Shown: positions 61,501-64,000 of the stretch, piece after piece | How positions within the stretch are numbered: position 1 is the first letter of the stretch | How the letters are laid out: each line of letters opens with the position of its first letter | Source: Selaginella moellendorffii | Lineage: Eukaryota > Plantae > Lycopodiophyta | Reading direction: 5' to 3' | NCBI RefSeq assembly: GCF_000143415.4 | Contig: NW_003314357.1 | Coordinates: 257,811-321,810, forward strand | DNA length: 64,000 nucleotides | Position numbers and translations under genes: made by a program | Notes under the pieces: model-generated | What the model was told of the DNA's origin: nothing | What the model saw: only the letters and a program-made list of their open reading frames with translations | The model's database searches: none

Positions 61501-64000
61501 GCTTGTTCTCCGTTGGTGGAACGGACAGACAAACAGCGGTTCGTAGTGGTCCAGCTGACTGGGGGATAGGTGCAGATTTTTTTGCTCCGGTTCGAACAGA
61601 CAGCCTTCACCGCCGATCCTCGAGCCGTCGTGAGCCTGTCAGTACCGCCGAGGCTCTCTCACAGATTGCACGAATGGGTCGACTTGCACGGCAGGGCATA
61701 ACTTCGACAAACATAGAAGTTGACACCGTTGTCGAGCAACCTCCAGTGCAGGAGTCCTCGAAGAGAAAGTCGCCGGAGGTGTTGAACTACGAGATGGTGA
61801 TGAAGCTTGTTTTGGCAGCGCGAAGCTTGTATCTGGCTCTGGGCAAGTCTATGGTGATACCTTCACGCCGGCGTGACGATCTTGCGACGATGAGCGTTCC
61901 TGCTAAGTCTGTGGCTTCGGGCATTGCGAAGGTGTTTCTGGAGAACTTGTCATTTGAGCCAGCCGGGGGAAGTCCGACTGTCAGATGCCGATACTTGGGG
62001 AAGGTTGCCGAGGATATACAAGCCGTTCTTTTTGACAGCCGGAGGAAGACGTGCAATACAGTCTTGGTGAACAGGCTTTACGTTTATGGCACCTTCGCAC
62101 ATCTGTTGGAGACGTTTGAAGAGGTTAGCGAGCTGTTATGGACAGTCGGGTTTGGCAACATGCAAGCAGAGAACGGGAAGGAAGCCGAAGCTTCGGATCA
62201 GAAGTCCGAAAGTCATTCTTGGCTGTGGAACACCTTGCACAGCTACTTAAAGCTTATAGAGCAGCTGGTTACGTCCACAACCTTGTTAAGTCCGATATCG
62301 GTAACACATTTGCTCGTGCAGCCGGTTCAAGACGCACCGATAGCAGCTCCCAAGGACGTGGAACAGTTCGTGCAGAGTATGCAGATGCAAGCACTCAACG
62401 CCATTCTTCCCGTCTGGAACCATCCCAGCTTTGCTGAATGCAACACGACGTTTATAACGTCTATCGCTGGTATTATCCGACAAATCTACGCGGGGGCAGG
62501 GGATACCAAGTCCAGAAGCTCTTCGGGTGGTGCGAATCCTCGTCTCGGTCCAGCACCAGACGAGGCATTGATCTCGACAATAATGGAGATGGGATTTCCA
62601 CGTGCTAGAGCGGAAGCAGCACTAAGAAATTCTGAGGCCAGCAGTGTGGAGCTGGCGATGGAGTGGCTGTTCACTCATCCGGAGGAGGTGACTCAGGAGG
62701 AAGATGAGCTCGCTCGGGCATTGGCTCTTTCTCTTGGCAACGCCGACGGTGAAGGCGAAGCAGGGAAGGCCACCGAGATGACTGCGGAGGAAGAAGAAAT
62801 CGTACTGCAAATGCCAGACGTGGAAAAGATGGTGAACACGTGCGTCAACATCTTGCAGATGAAGGACGCGGTGATCTTCACCCTCACGGACTTACTGGTG
62901 ACTATCAGCAATTACAGCAGCGGCCGGGACCGTCCTTTAGTGGTATCCTTCCTCGTGGAGCAACTGAAGCGGTGTCATGCCGAAGGTGCTGATTGGAACC
63001 GGCTATCGACTGTCTCTCACTTGATGGCGCTGGTCTTAACTGAAGATACTCCTGCCCGGGAGGTTGCTGCAAAGAGTGGACTTGTCGGCACCAGTTTGGA
63101 AATCCTGGCCTCCTACAATGATACCTCCTCGGAAACCCCAGTGTGGGTGACAGCACTGTGTTTGGTCCTGGATCAGATGCTCCAGGTGAAAGTGAACACT
63201 GACTCGACGCCTGCTAGCAACGCAAGCTCGAGCTCTAGTGGTGGTGAAGCTCAGGATCAAACACCTTTTGCATCCATCTTGGGAAAGCCTGCGGGATATA
63301 TGACGGACGAAGAGCGAGAGAAGTCAATGGCCGTGGTTTGCAGGTTGCTGCACATGCCTCTGATGCCCATGCCTTTGCAAGCGGTCTTGCAGCTATGTGC
63401 AAGGTTGACGAAAGTCCATGCCATGGCACTGCAGTTTCTCGACGGTGGGGGGCTCACTGCACTGCTGGATATTCCTCCGGCCAACTGGTCTGGTTTTGAT
63501 GAGGTTGCTGGTGCAATTATCCGGCACCTTATGGAGGATCCTCAGACGCTTCTCCTGGCTATGGAATCGGAAATACGGCACTGCTTTACAGTTGCTGCTC
63601 GGCAGAATGGACGCGTCTCTCCGCGCCTTTTCTTGTCAACTCTGGCGCCTGTCCTGACCCGTGATCCAGCGATGTTTATGCAAGCCGCGGCAAACGTTTG
63701 TCAGCTGGATTCTAGTAATGGTGGAAGGCTTACCATCACTCTGGCGAAGGAAGAGCGAGAGAAAGAGAAGGACAAGGAGAAGGCCACGGAGAAGGGGAAG
63801 GAAAAAGAACGACAAGGCAGCCGGGGCGAGGTGGCAGCCAGGATCCAGGACAGAGGTGGTAAAGGCCACAAGCGAGTTCCTCATAGCTTCTCCCGCGTTA
63901 TTGATCAGCTGCTGGAAGTGATTCTGCATTATCCTTCTGGCAAAGGTGGTGATGGTACGTCAATGGAGATAGACAAGAAGCTGGAGAAAACATCATGTGA
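58582..64000 (+). CDS. UPL1: UPL1/UPL2 (HUWE1-like) HECT E3 ubiquitin ligase, 5' part
   Basis: Exons 58582-58614 (MKVKRKRGAET), 58717-58812 (PPRIRSFINN..WDFEK), 58866-59069 (GDFFHWLDL) and 59127 to the window end. UBA (MEMGFPRARAEAAL..ELAMEWLF) and UIM (EEDELARALALSLG) at ~62560-62740. The HECT domain lies beyond the window. Confidence 0.92.

Overview
Eukaryotic plant genomic DNA, most consistent with a lycophyte such as Selaginella. This is inferred from ~45-90 nt introns, very short intergenic gaps, S-motif-rich PPR genes, TTTAGGG repeats and a bryophyte/fern-type 5S sequence. Positions 1-21 kb are a TE-rich accessory zone: two head-to-head Fic-family genes, a decayed Gypsy element, a microbial-type 2OG-Fe(II) oxygenase pseudogene, a secreted unknown-domain plus bulb-lectin gene with a dead paralog, and a 13-exon TPR plus metallo-beta-lactamase gene. 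An ABI4-like AP2 gene and a TMK-type LRR-RLK follow. Positions 27-41 kb are nested retroelements, including a complete TRIM with a telomeric insert and 5S-carrying Cassandra elements inside a solo LTR inside an older LTR. Positions 42-64 kb are gene-dense: PPRs, NHX and NIF pseudogenes, GDC-H, tau GST, a GDU-like gene and the 5' part of UPL1/2. The top finding is a 12-exon gene at 51000-53647 (-) that splices into one ~652-aa frame, joining a plant PAXX/XLF-like NHEJ head and coiled coil to a Crypton-derived (DUF3504/ZMYM-QRICH1-like), apparently catalytically dead tyrosine-recombinase domain. Family assignments come from recalled motifs, not database searches.
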